This document shows, in pieces, positions 20,096-30,982 of a stretch of DNA of 64,000 nucleotides. The DNA comes from an uncultured Gemmatimonadales bacterium (GTDB lineage: Bacteria > Gemmatimonadota > Gemmatimonadetes > Longimicrobiales > RSA9), in contig CAWCRS010000009.1 in the NCBI GenBank assembly GCA_963798085.1, positions 256,001 to 320,000 on the forward strand, in the 5' to 3' direction. Every line of letters begins with the position of its first letter. Position 1 is the first letter of the stretch. The translations under genes and the position numbers were made by a program. The notes beneath the pieces are model-generated. The model saw only the letters and a program-made list of their open reading frames with translations, had not been told where the DNA came from and made no database searches.

Positions 20096-23000
20096 ATGCG
20101 CGCGTACGCACGAGTTCCGGCCATGGTGCTGCTCGTCGGTTTCACTGCCAGTCTGCTCGCGCGACGGGCGAGCGCACAGACGGCGGCGCAGAACGACAGC
20201 GCGGCGGCGGCCGCGTTGAAGGCGAAGTCGCTGCCGCTGATCGCGACGCGCACGCTCGATTTCACGACGGACGAAGGTTCCTGGATCTCGCTCAATGTGT
20301 CGCGCGACGGGAACACGATCGTGTTCGAGCTGCTGGGCGATCTCTACACGCTGCCGATCGCGGGGGGCACGGCCACGCGTATTACCAGCGGACTCGCGTA
20401 CGACATGCAGCCGCGCTTCTCGCCGGACGGCCGGCGCATCGTCTTCATCAGCGATCGCAATGGCGCGGAGAACGTGTGGATCGCGGATGCGGATGGGTCG
20501 CACGCGCGTGCGCTCACGACCACCGAGCGCGACAGTTACATGTCGCCGGTCTGGACGCCGGATGGCCAGTACGTGATTGCCGCGAAGGGCGCGCAGCTGT
20601 GGCTCTACCATCACGAGCGTGGTTCCGGTCTGCAGCTCACGGGCAATCGCGGTGCCGGTGCAACCGCCGCACCCGGTGCGCCCGGACAGGCCGCACCCGC
20701 ACTGCTCGGCCCCGCTTTCGGCAGTGACCCGCGCATCCTCTGGGTCAACGTGCGCGGTTCGGTTACGAGCGGCTTTGCGGCTGCGGCGCGCGAGCCGTGG
20801 GATGATGATTTCGATCCCGCCGATGCGCGCAGCTCGGCGCGCGTGGTAGGGCCGTACCAGATCGGGCAGTACGACCGCGAGAACGGGCGGCTTCGCTTGC
20901 GCACGCACGAGATGGAAGGCGCGTTCCGGCCGGTGCCCAGCCCGGATGGAAGGTGGCTGGTCTACACGACGCGCTACGATGCGCGCGAGGCGCTCAAGCT
21001 GCTCGACCTCGGCACCGGCGAGGAACGCTGGCTGGTGATGGATGTGCAGCGCAATGACAGCGACGGCGGCGGTTCGCGCGATCGCAATGTCTACCCGGGC
21101 TCGGCGTTCACGCCCGACTCGCGCTTCCTGATCACGAGTTATGGCGGGAAGATCTGGCGCGTGGCCGTACCCACGGGTGAAGCGACGCAGATCCCGTTCA
21201 GCGCGCACGTGCAGCAGCAGATGGGAGCGCTCTCGCACTTCGAGTATCCCATCAACGATTCGGTGCTGACCGTGACGCAGATCCGCGGCGCGCGTCCCTC
21301 GCCCGATGGCCGGCGGGTGGTGTTTGCAGCGCTGGACCACCTCTGGATCGCGGACCTGCCGGCCGGCCGCGGCGGGCCGCCCGCCGACAACGAACCGCAT
21401 GCGACGATTCGCGACGCCACCCGTCTGACAGCGTCCGCGGATGTCGAGCACGCTCCCGTGTGGTCGCCGGATGGCCAGTACATCGCATGGATCACCTGGA
21501 ACGACTCCACAGGCGGCGACATCTGGCGCATGCGCGCGAGTGGCGCAGGACAGCCCGAGAAGCTGACCCGCAGTCCGGCGTTCTACGACAGGCTCGCGTA
21601 CTCGCGCGATGGCTCACGACTCATCGCGGTGCGCGGCTCGAAGATGCACCGCATGCGCACGCTCGAGGACTTCGGCAACAACGACGCTTCGGCGGAACTG
21701 GAGTACGCCTGGATGCCCGCCGGCGGCGGCGACATGCAGCGCATCGCCTGGGTGGGGAGCGGCGCGACACAGGAAGGCCGCAATGAGCCACACATCGGAC
21801 CGGACTCGTCGCGCATCTATGTGTGGGCCGGCAGCGAAGGTCTCATCTCAATGCGTTACGACGGCACCGACATCCGCACGGTAGTGAAGGTGAGCGCGCC
21901 GCCGCAGCCGGGGAGCACGGGGCCCGCGCCACCGCCGGAGGAGGTGCTGCTCTCGCCCGACGGCACGCGTGCGCTGGTGTACGCCAACCGCAATGTCTAC
22001 ATGATCACGGTGCCACCGGTGGCCGGTGACGCGCCGGCGGTCTCGGTGGCGGCGTCGTCTTCGGTGCCGACCTGGCGACTTACCCGCATTGGCGGCGACT
22101 TCATTGGCTGGCGCCAGGACGGCGCCGTGGCCTACTACTCCATCGGTCGCAGCCTCTTCCTCTACGACATCGCCATGGCGGACTCGCTGCACGCCGATTC
22201 GCTGGCGCGCGCGCGCGCTGACACGGCGAGGACCCGCGCAGCCGGCGATTCGGCCGCGGCCGGCGCACGGGCACGACCGGCGTACGAGCCGCACCGTGTC
22301 AATGTCGAGATCACCGCAAGGAAGGACAAGCCCGGCGGAACGCTGGTGCTGCGCGGCGCCCGCATCATCACCATGAAGGGCGACGAGATCATCCCGTCCG
22401 GGGACATCGTGATCCGCGACAACCGCATCGCCGCAGTGGGCGCGCGCGGCAAGGTCGCGGTGCCTGCGAACGCACGTGTTATCGACGTGAGCGGCAAGAC
22501 CATAATTCCCGGCTACGTCGACATCCACGCGCACACCTGGGTGGCGTGGGGCGTGCACCGCAGCCAGGTCTCGCAGTTCATGGCGCAGCTGGCGTACGGC
22601 GTGACCACGCAGCGCGACCCGCAGACATCGTCGGAGGACATCCTCACCTACAGCGACCGCATGGAGATGGGCGAGCTGATCGGACCTCGCCTGTACTCGA
22701 CCGGCCCGGGCATCTTCGCCTCGGACAACATCCACAACCTGGCGGAAGCCCGCGACGTGGTGCGCCGCTACGCGGATTATTTCAACACGCACACGATCAA
22801 GCAGTACCTGGTGGGGGACCGCAAGGTGCGGCAGTGGGTGATCATGGCGGCGCGTGAGCTGGGACTGACACCGACCACCGAGGGCGGCTCCAACTTCACG
22901 ATGAACCTCACGCTCATGCAGGACGGCTACGCCGGACTCGAGCACGCGCTGCCCATCAGCCCATTCTACAACAATGTGGTCCAGCTGGAGCGCACCAGTG

Positions 23001-23563
23001 GCATCACCTACACACCCACACTGATCGTGAGTTATGGCGGGCCGTGGGGCCGCGACTACTACCTCACCCGCACCAACATCGACGAGAACGCGAAGCTGCA
23101 CCACTTCACACCACACGATGAGCTGGACAAGTGGCAGACCGCGACGTTCAACCGCACGGACCAGTACGTCTACACGCTGCACGCGCAGCAGCTCAAGAAG
23201 GTGGTGGAAGCGGGCGGCCGCGTGGGCCTCGGCTCACACGGCGAGGTGCAGGGGATCGGCGTGCACTGGGAACTGTGGATGATCGGCTCGGGCGGCATGC
23301 GGCCGCATGATGTTCTGCGCATCGCCACACTGTACAGCGCGGACGCGATCGGCTTGAGCCGGGACATCGGTTCGCTCGAGCCCGGCAAGCTGGCGGACCT
23401 GCAGATTCTCGACGCCAACCCGCTCGACAAGCTCGAGAACAGTACGTCGATTCACTATGTGATGAAGAACGGGCGGCTGTACGAGGCCGCCACGCTGAAC
23501 GAAGTCTGGCCGCGGCAGCGGGTGCTGCCCACGCAGTGGTGGTGGCGGGTGGAGCCCCGGTAG
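20096..23563 (+). CDS. Secreted amidohydrolase with N-terminal TolB/PD40 beta-propeller repeats
   Basis: Signal peptide, repeated SPDG/PD40 motifs, IIPGYVDIHAH and GSLEPGKLADL. Confidence 0.9.
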   Translation: MRAYARVPAMVLLVGFTASLLARRASAQTAAQNDSAAAAALKAKSLPLIATRTLDFTTDEGSWISLNVSRDGNTIVFELLGDLYTLPIAGGTATRITSGLAYDMQPRFSPDGRRIVFISDRNGAENVWIADADGSHARALTTTERDSYMSPVWTPDGQYVIAAKGAQLWLYHHERGSGLQLTGNRGAGATAAPGAPGQAAPALLGPAFGSDPRILWVNVRGSVTSGFAAAAREPWDDDFDPADARSSARVVGPYQIGQYDRENGRLRLRTHEMEGAFRPVPSPDGRWLVYTTRYDAREALKLLDLGTGEERWLVMDVQRNDSDGGGSRDRNVYPGSAFTPDSRFLITSYGGKIWRVAVPTGEATQIPFSAHVQQQMGALSHFEYPINDSVLTVTQIRGARPSPDGRRVVFAALDHLWIADLPAGRGGPPADNEPHATIRDATRLTASADVEHAPVWSPDGQYIAWITWNDSTGGDIWRMRASGAGQPEKLTRSPAFYDRLAYSRDGSRLIAVRGSKMHRMRTLEDFGNNDASAELEYAWMPAGGGDMQRIAWVGSGATQEGRNEPHIGPDSSRIYVWAGSEGLISMRYDGTDIRTVVKVSAPPQPGSTGPAPPPEEVLLSPDGTRALVYANRNVYMITVPPVAGDAPAVSVAASSSVPTWRLTRIGGDFIGWRQDGAVAYYSIGRSLFLYDIAMADSLHADSLARARADTARTRAAGDSAAAGARARPAYEPHRVNVEITARKDKPGGTLVLRGARIITMKGDEIIPSGDIVIRDNRIAAVGARGKVAVPANARVIDVSGKTIIPGYVDIHAHTWVAWGVHRSQVSQFMAQLAYGVTTQRDPQTSSEDILTYSDRMEMGELIGPRLYSTGPGIFASDNIHNLAEARDVVRRYADYFNTHTIKQYLVGDRKVRQWVIMAARELGLTPTTEGGSNFTMNLTLMQDGYAGLEHALPISPFYNNVVQLERTSGITYTPTLIVSYGGPWGRDYYLTRTNIDENAKLHHFTPHDELDKWQTATFNRTDQYVYTLHAQQLKKVVEAGGRVGLGSHGEVQGIGVHWELWMIGSGGMRPHDVLRIATLYSADAIGLSRDIGSLEPGKLADLQILDANPLDKLENSTSIHYVMKNGRLYEAATLNEVWPRQRVLPTQWWWRVEPR

Positions 23564-23824
23564 CCGGACCGTCTTGGCGTTCTTGGGTTAGGCCTGATCA
23601 GACATGCGACCCGGCCTCAAGCCTTCCCGCCTGCCATGCCCGCGGCGCGGCCAGCCATGGAGATCGGGGGTCCAGGCGGTAGAATTACGCGTCCACGCAC
23701 AATGCTCCGGCACGAAAGTGCTGCACATCCGGGCTGCGACGCGTGGAATCGCTCGTTCGCAGGCGTTCTTGAGGCACAGGCATGGGAGCAGCGGCCACAA
23801 CCCAAGAACGCCAAGACGGTCCGG
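23564..23824. mobile_element. Family B MITE-like element, 261 bp with perfect 26-bp terminal inverted repeats
   Basis: ccggaccgtcttggcgttcttgggtt (23564-23589) and aacccaagaacgccaagacggtccgg (23799-23824). It lies between convergent genes; no target-site duplication seen. Confidence 0.7.
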
Positions 23825-23828
23825 AACC

Positions 23829-24239
23829 TCAGCGCGACACGCCAAAGGTGCCGCGCACACCCACCCCGTTGCTCCACTCGCCCTGCACTCTTCCGCCGTT
23901 GACCTCGCCGTCCAGCAGCCACTCGTCGCCGCCCGTGCGCTTGAGCCGCAGGTGCACCCGACCATTCGCTGCCGACCCCGTCAGCTCGCCGCCTGACTGC
24001 TCTACGCTCGCCCGGCTACCTACCCTCTTGGACAGGATGAGCCGGTAGTTGCCGCTGACCTGCCCGTTCGCGTCGATCAGCGTGAGGGTGAGCGCGCCAC
24101 CATCATAGGCCGGGTGACTCAGCGTGCCCTGCCAGGTCCCGCTCACGTCCGGCTCCGTCTCCGGACCGCTCATGTCCTTGCACGCACCAGTCACCGCCAC
24201 CGCCAGCACCAGCATCCACAGATTCCGTCGCGCCCGCAT
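23829..24239 (-). CDS. Hypothetical lipoprotein (small beta-barrel-like)
   Basis: Lipobox TGA-C, DVSGTWQGT motif and RBS aaggag. Confidence 0.8.
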   Translation of the reverse strand: MRARRNLWMLVLAVAVTGACKDMSGPETEPDVSGTWQGTLSHPAYDGGALTLTLIDANGQVSGNYRLILSKRVGSRASVEQSGGELTGSAANGRVHLRLKRTGGDEWLLDGEVNGGRVQGEWSNGVGVRGTFGVSR

Positions 24240-24484
24240 CGGTCGGCTCCTTCGAGAGTAGTCTCAGCGTCTTCTACTCAGAAGGGCGACAGAACCCGGG
24301 CTCCACCCTCATCGCGGGCAGATCGCGGTGTCCGTGACCGACCGACGGACGGCCAGGAACGGGCGACCGCGTACGCCGGACCCTCCTCCGCCAGCCTGGC
24401 CTCCGCGGCTGCCCGGCCAACTGCTGCCACCGGAAAAGCCGAGTCGCGCTCACTCGTCCCGTGGAACGCAGCCACGCGCTCGTC

Positions 24485-24790
24485 CAGTTGTCTATAACAT
24501 AGTGTTATAGGGAGACCGTTCGCGCAACCACGCGGAGATCTCCGCCGGCCGCATTCAGTCCAGGCGAGGACGCCTGCACCGGCACTTCTGACATCGTGTT
24601 ACAAGCGGGACACGCGCACACGCAACCAGGCAGAGGTCGCCTCACAACGTTCGCGGCAATCCCCAGCCGGTCATCCTGCCGGCACTTCTGACATCGTGTC
24701 ATAAGCAGGGAACGTGCACACGCAACCAGGCGGAGACCCAGGCACTTCTGACATCGTGTTACAGGTGCCGCGCACGCACACACACTACTG
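24485..24790. repeat. Array of four related units with a TRACA-N3-TGTYA core
   Basis: ggcacttctgacatcgtgt is exact at 24581, 24681 and 24741. The perfect palindrome ctataacatagtgttatag is at 24492-24510. Three of the four units share cgcaacca downstream. Confidence 0.85.
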
Positions 24791-24838
24791 CCCGATTTCT
24801 GGTGGTTCCGTGATTGGGGCAGCGCGTCCTTGACGCAG

Positions 24839-25561
24839 TCAGCGATTCCTTGCCGCCTTGCCCGGCGCGCGCAGCGCACTCGGCGGTGAAGCCACCGCAG
24901 GGAGGAGCCGGTGGAGGATAGCATCGGCCGGGGCGTGGACGGCGGCGGGCAGCGGCAGGGAGATCGCATCAACGAAGGCGTTGGGTTCGCGCAGGCGGAG
25001 GCTCAGCACGTCGCCCGATCACGAATAGCTCATGAACTTCGACCACGGGGACAGGTAGCCCAGGTTGAGGAGGCCATTCTGGCGCAGCTCCAGGCGGCTG
25101 CGGGCCCGCAGCAGGGCAGCCGTGGCGGCACTGAGCCCCGCGAGATCGAGACCAATGCCGGAAAGACTGAAATCGTGGCCGATGAATTTGCTGAGTATGT
25201 GCCCGCTGATGGACACGCCCAGGAGCACGACGCCGAGCCGAAGGTGCGAGCGCTGCGGCGTCGGGCCGGCATCGAGGAGGAGGGCACCGGACCCGAGGCG
25301 GCGGCGTCGCCATTGCACCAGGTCGCGGGCCTCCAGGACGGCTGCGGCCAAACCGAGCGCGGCACCGAAGCGCTGCAGTACGCCGGGGGTGATCGTATGG
25401 TGGCGGGCCAGCAGGATCCCCGCGAGTACGGCGACGCTGGGCAGCAGCAAGGTCAAGCCCAGGACGACTCTGGCTCGTTTGTTGACGCGGCGCCAGACGC
25501 CTCGCAGAGAAAACGCGAGAGCGCCCGCCATTGCTACCGCCGCAAGCAGCATTACACCCAT
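24839..25561 (-). pseudogene. Membrane protein interrupted by an in-frame TGA at 25019-25021
   Basis: ...PWSKFMSYS*SGDVLSLRLREP... continues for 59 codons in frame. Trp would be natural at the stop position. Confidence 0.55.
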
Positions 25562-25727
25562 GTTGTGCACCCCGGGGGAACAACCATGCCTGCCTGACTC
25601 GACGGGCAGCGAGTGTGTCCTTCCCGAAGCCGGGGAGCGAACGGGCCGTGGCCCGGCTGAAACGGACGGCGGGACCCGGCCGTAATGGCGGGTCAGTTCC
25701 CCGGACCCGCTCAGACGACGAGGCTCG

Positions 25728-28146
25728 ATGAACGCGCTGCTGAAGGACCTGCGCTACGGTGCGCGCATGATCCGCAAGACGCCGGGCGCATCGCTCATCG
25801 CGGTCATTGCGCTGGCGCTGGGCATCGGCCTGACCACGCTGATGTTCAGCATCGTGTACGGCGCGCTCATCCGGGGCCTGCCCTTCGAGCACAGTGAACG
25901 CCTGGTCAACATCAACCGCGTGCGCAAGGATCGCGGCAACGTGGGCATTTTCGCGCCCGACTTCGCCGACTGGAGCGCACAGCAGCGCTCCTTCGAGGAG
26001 CTGGGCGCCTACGCCGGCACATCCATCACGCTGTCGAGCGGCGACGCGCCGCGGCGCGTGAGAGGCGCGTACGTGTCAGCCAGCCTGTTCCGCGTGCTGC
26101 GCGTGCATCCACTGATGGGTCGCGTGTTCACGGATGAAGACGACCGGTCCGGCTCACCTGACATGCTGATCATCGGCTACGACGTGTGGCAGAGTGATTT
26201 CGCCGGCGATCCCGGCATCATCGGCAGGTCCGTGCGCATGAACGGCATCGATGCCGTGATCGTCGGCGTCATGCCGCGCGGTTTCGGCTTCCCCGACACG
26301 CAGAGCGCGTGGGTGCCATTGCGCCTGGATCCGGCGCGGACGGAGCGGGGCAGGGGCATGTCGGTGGGCGTCGTGGGCCGGCTGCGGGCCGCGGTGAGCA
26401 TGGCGCAGGCGACGGCGGACATGGAGGCCATCGCGCAGCGCCAGGCGAGCGCGTATCCGGTCACGAACCAGGACATCACCGTCAGACTGCAGACCTCGCA
26501 GCAGGCGAGACTGGGCCGGGACGAGCGCACCGTGCTCTACACGATGCTGGGCGCCGTGCTGTTCGTGCTGCTCATTGCCTGCGCCAATGTGGCGAATCTG
26601 CTGATCGGCAGGGCCATGGTGCGCACGCGCGAGATCGGCGTGCGCACCGCGCTGGGCGCATTCGAAACTGCGTGTGATGAGCCAGTTCCTCACGGAATCG
26701 CTGGCGCTGGCCATCGCCGGTGCCGCCATCGGTGTGGTGATCGCGGCGGTCGGCATCCGCGCGTTCAATGGCGCGATTGCAGGCGTCAATCCACCGTTCT
26801 GGCTGAAGATCGCGCTGGACACGCCGTCACTGCTCTGTGCCAGCGCCGCCACGGTGCTGGCCACGCTGGCGGCGGGCTCCATTCCCGCCGTGCAGGCGGC
26901 CACCGCGAACACGCACGACATCCTGAAGGATGAGTCGCGCGGCAGCTCGAGCTTCAGACTGGGCAACCTGAGCCGCGTCCTGGTGATGGCGGAAATGGCG
27001 CTGTCGGTCGGGCTGCTCGTAGGTGCCGGCCTCATGATCAAGAGCGTGGTCAAACTGGAAACAATCGATCTCGGCTTCGACGCAAGGCACACGCTGAATG
27101 CACGCATGATCATGTCCGACACCATCTACAACGACCGCGAGCGCCGCCTGCGCCTGGCCACGGACCTGCTGACACGCGTGTCAGCAATGCCGGGTGTCAC
27201 CGCGGCCACGCTCACCACGTCCGCGCCGGGCATGGGTGGCGGCAGCAACCTCTTCGCACTGGAGGGCGTCACCTACGCCACCGATCGCGACTACCCGTCG
27301 GCGCCCGGCGCCACTATCGCGCCCGGGTTCTTCGCCACGCTGGGCTTCAGGGTCATCGGTGGCCGCGAATTCACGGCGGACGATCGCGACGGCACGCTGC
27401 CCGTTGTGGTCGTCAATCAGTCGTTCGAGCGACGCTGGTTCCCGGGGCAGAGCGCGCTGGGCAAGCGCCTGCGCTTCGGCACCAACATCGCCGGCAACCC
27501 GAACCCGTGGATGACGATCGTGGGCGTGGTCCCCGATCTCTATGTCACTGCCGTGGACGAACAGGTGCACGAAGGTCTGTACCGGCCGATTGCGCAGGCG
27601 GGCCCGCGCGGCCTCACGGTGCTGGCACTGACGCGCGCGAAGCCGGCATCGCTCGTGAATGCGCTGCGCGGCGTCGTCGCCGATGTGGATCCCAACCTGG
27701 CGCTGGATCAGCTGGGTTCGCTCGAGGAAGTCATCCAGCAGGAGAACTGGTACTACGCCGTGTTCGGTGCGCTGTTCGTCGCGTTCGGCGGCGCTGCTCT
27801 CTTCCTTGCCTCGATCGGGCTGTACGGCGTCATGTCGTTCGCCGTGAGCCGGCGGCGGCGCGAGATGGGTGTGCGCATGGCCGTGGGTGCGGACGCGCGC
27901 GACGTGGTGCGCCTGGTCCTGCGACAGGGCATGACACAAACCGCCATCGGCCTCATTGTGGGAACCGCTTTTGCGCTTTTCGTGTCGAAACTGCTGGCGG
28001 CCATCCTCTTCCAGGTGCAGCCCCGCGATCCGGTGATCTTCGCGTCCATCATTGCAGTACTGCTGCTCACCGCCGTGCTGGCGTGCTGGATCCCGGCCCT
28101 GCGCGCGGCCCGCGTGGACCCCCTGGAAGCTCTGCGCTACGAGTAG
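25728..28146 (+). CDS. ADOP-type ABC permease, +1 frameshift at ~26661 (probable sequencing error)
   Basis: MNALLKDLRYGARM... Removing one T restores ALGASKLRVMSQFLTE. Ends in DPLEALRYE. Confidence 0.9.
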
Positions 28147-28292
28147 CCCGGCCCGCCCGTGCGCGCTACCGCTGTCGCGCGCGGTTGCCCGCAGGGTGGC
28201 GGGGGCGTACGTTGCAACGCCCCGTCGTTGCGATTGTCGGCGCGGGTTACAGCAAATGTCTCCAGCGCGAGAATCGAGAACATCCACACGGC

Positions 28293-29012
28293 ATGCTGAG
28301 CATCCGCGAGGTGTCACGCATCCTGGACGTGTCCGAGCGCACGGTGCAGCGCTGGATCCGCTCCGGTGATCTGCCCGCCAGCCGGCAGCGCGAACAGGCA
28401 CTGATCAATCCCGTCGACCTGCTGGAGTGGGCTTCCGCGCGGGGCGTCGAGCTGTCGCCCGAGCTGAGCCAGCAGTGGGCCGTGCCCGAGCTGCCCTCGC
28501 TCTACGACGCCCTTGCGGCAGGCGGCATTCACACGGACGTACCGGGGCACAGCAAGGACACGGTGCTGCGCGCCGTGGCCCGGCGCCTGCCGCTGCGCAA
28601 CGAGGACGAGAAGGAGTTCGTGCTGCAGGGCATGCTGGCCCGCGAAGCGCTCGGTTCCACTGCGATCGGCGGCGGTGTCGCCATTCCCCACGTGCGCAAC
28701 CCCATCATCCTGCACGTCACCCGACCCGCCGTGATGCTATCGTTCCTGGAGAACGAGATCGATTTCGGCGCCCTGGATGGGCAGCCGGTCACGGTCCTGT
28801 TCACAGTCGTCAGTCCCACCGTGCGCCTGCACCTGCACCTGCTGTCGCGCCTCGGTTTCGTGCTGCACGATGCCGATGTGCGGCGGTTGCTGGGTGAGCG
28901 TGCCTCACCCGCCGCCGTGCTGGAACGCGTGCGCTGTGTGGAGGCGGCACTGCCCGGCCGGGATGGACTGGACGGCCACGTCTCCACCAACGGGCCGGCA
29001 CAGGCGAGCTAA
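28293..29012 (+). CDS. Excisionase/MerR-like HTH fused to PTS EIIA(Ntr/Fru)-like domain
   Basis: MLSIREVSRILDVSERTVQRWIRSGDLPA; RE..GSTAIGGGVAIPH (phospho-His), DFGALDG and HLHLLSRL. Confidence 0.88.
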   Translation: MLSIREVSRILDVSERTVQRWIRSGDLPASRQREQALINPVDLLEWASARGVELSPELSQQWAVPELPSLYDALAAGGIHTDVPGHSKDTVLRAVARRLPLRNEDEKEFVLQGMLAREALGSTAIGGGVAIPHVRNPIILHVTRPAVMLSFLENEIDFGALDGQPVTVLFTVVSPTVRLHLHLLSRLGFVLHDADVRRLLGERASPAAVLERVRCVEAALPGRDGLDGHVSTNGPAQAS

Positions 29013-30982
29013 TGCTGCTGGCGGGCGCGTTCCTGGCACTCCTGCTGGGCGCGGTCCTCTCGCTGGTCTTCGGCCGTGATGCGCTGACCCGCGCCCGACT
29101 GGGCGTGGCCGGCGCCGTCACTGCATCGCTGCTGGGTCTGGCCGCCTGCCTGCCCCCGCTCATCTCTGCCGGCGCCGTGGTCTACCACGTTGCGTGGTCC
29201 GTGCCCCGTGGCTCCTTCACGCTGGTGCTCGATCCCCTGGCGGCGTTCTTCCTGCTGATCACGTTCCTGCTGACACCCCTGACCGCGTGGTACGGCGGGC
29301 GCTACCTGCGCGAGCAGGCGCACGCACCGCGCGCCACGTGGTTCTTCTGGAACCTGCTGATCGCGGCGATTGCGCTGGTGCTGCTGGCGGGTAACGCAGT
29401 GTTATTCCTGGTCGCATGGGAAGTGATGACCATCGCCTCCTTCTTCCTGGTCACGACGGAGGATGAGCGGCTCGAGGTGCGACGCGCGGGCTGGATCTAC
29501 CTGATCGCCGCGCACATTGGCACGGCCTTCCTGATGGTGTTCTTCCTGCTGGCCGGCGGCAGCGCGGGTTCGCTCGATTTCGCGGCGCTCGGCGGCCACG
29601 CGCTGGTGGCGCCGGGTCTGCTGTTCGCACTGGCGCTGGTGGGTTTCGGCGCCAAGGCCGGACTCGTGCCCCTGCACGTGTGGCTGCCCGAAGCGCACCC
29701 GGCGGCGCCCAGTCACGTGTCCGCCCTGATGTCGGGTGTGCTGATTGCGACCGGCATGTACGGTATTCTGCGCGCCCTCGTGCTGGCCGGCCCGCTGGCG
29801 CCCGCATGGGGACCGGCCCTGATCGTGATCGGCGCACTGAGCGGACTGGTGGGCGTGGTGTTCGCGCTCGCGCAGGATGACATGAAGCGCGCTCTCGCAT
29901 ACTCGAGTGTCGAGAACATGGGGATTGCGCTGCTCGGCATCGGCGCGGGCGTGACCGGACTGAGCCGCGGCTCGCCCGTGCTGGCCGAGATCGGCTTCGG
30001 CGCTGCCCTGCTGCACGTGCTGAATCATGCGTGCTTCAAGGGACTGCTGTTCCTGGGCGCGGGCGCAGTGCGCCAGGCAACGGGCCAGACGGGAATCGAC
30101 CGGCTGGGTGGCCTGCTGCGACGCATGCCGCGCACCGGCCTCGCCTTTCTCGTGGGGTGCGCTGCCATCACGGGCCTGCCGCCGCTCAATGGCTTCAGCA
30201 GCGAATTCCTCACGTTCCTCGCGGGACTGCGCATCGTCCGCGACATGCCGCCGGGCACGCGCTGGGCCGGCATCATCCTGGTGTGCGCGCTGGCCGCGGT
30301 GAGCGGCCTGGCCGTGGCACTGTTCGCGAAGTTGTTCGGCAGCGCATTCCTGGGCACGCCGCGCAGCGCGGCTGCGGCGCAGGCGCGCGAGGCGCACGTC
30401 GATCTGCGCACGCCGCTGCTCATCCTGGCAGCCGCGTGTGTGCTGCTGGGTCTCTTCCCGATCGTGGGCGTGCGTGCCGCGGCCGGTGCGGTGGGGCGGC
30501 TGGCGGGGCGGCCGCTCGATACCCGGACAGCCACACTGCTGCTCAGTACGCGGCTGCTGGGTAACGCCGTGTTGGGACTGAGCGCTCTGCTCGCACTGTG
30601 CGCCGGCCTGCGCTGGTCGCTCGTGCGACGACGCGAACGTCAGATCTCCGTCACCTGGGGCTGCGGTTATGCCGGGACGGTGGAACGCGCGCAGTACAGC
30701 GCATCATCGCTGGTGGCACCACTGGTCGCGTTCCTGGGCGGGGTGCTGCCCAGTGAGACGACAAGGGTGGCGCCGCCCCACGGCCTGTTCCCGGACACGG
30801 CAACGCTGCATGCGGGCGCCGCCGACGTATTCACGCAGCGCATGTACGGTCCCTCCTTCCAGTGGCTGAGCCGCTCCTTCCGCAGGCTGCGCATCGTGCA
30901 GCACGGCCGCCTGCACTGGTACCTGCTGTACGTGTTCCTCACGCTGCTGCTCATGCTGCTGATCGAGTTCGGCCAATGGTGA
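29012..30982 (+). CDS. hyfB: Ehr/hydrogenase-4 antiporter-like membrane subunit (HyfB/NuoL-like)
   Basis: Motifs FLVAWEVM, KAGLVPLHVWLPEAHPAAPSHVSALMSG, LAYSSVEN, NHACFKGLLFL and TWGCGY. Confidence 0.9.
   Translation: MLLAGAFLALLLGAVLSLVFGRDALTRARLGVAGAVTASLLGLAACLPPLISAGAVVYHVAWSVPRGSFTLVLDPLAAFFLLITFLLTPLTAWYGGRYLREQAHAPRATWFFWNLLIAAIALVLLAGNAVLFLVAWEVMTIASFFLVTTEDERLEVRRAGWIYLIAAHIGTAFLMVFFLLAGGSAGSLDFAALGGHALVAPGLLFALALVGFGAKAGLVPLHVWLPEAHPAAPSHVSALMSGVLIATGMYGILRALVLAGPLAPAWGPALIVIGALSGLVGVVFALAQDDMKRALAYSSVENMGIALLGIGAGVTGLSRGSPVLAEIGFGAALLHVLNHACFKGLLFLGAGAVRQATGQTGIDRLGGLLRRMPRTGLAFLVGCAAITGLPPLNGFSSEFLTFLAGLRIVRDMPPGTRWAGIILVCALAAVSGLAVALFAKLFGSAFLGTPRSAAAAQAREAHVDLRTPLLILAAACVLLGLFPIVGVRAAAGAVGRLAGRPLDTRTATLLLSTRLLGNAVLGLSALLALCAGLRWSLVRRRERQISVTWGCGYAGTVERAQYSASSLVAPLVAFLGGVLPSETTRVAPPHGLFPDTATLHAGAADVFTQRMYGPSFQWLSRSFRRLRIVQHGRLHWYLLYVFLTLLLMLLIEFGQW

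Noticed and set aside
24288..24302. RNase P 3'-like GACAGAACCCGG
   Set aside because: It is an isolated match with no upstream GAGGAAAGTCC or other RNase P elements.
24581..24790. CRISPR array
   Set aside because: There are only three exact 19-nt copies with irregular spacing (100, 60), conservation extends into the would-be spacers, and no cas genes are present.
25019..25021. Alternative genetic code or selenocysteine recoding
   Set aside because: Many genes in the window end in TGA at their expected C-termini, and the context suggests Trp rather than Cys/Sec.
27507..28292. N-terminal extensions in the ORF track (27507, also 1202, 5592, 18135, 32100, 36058)
   Set aside because: They overlap upstream genes or repeats and are low-complexity. 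Homology starts at the later ATG/GTG codons used above.
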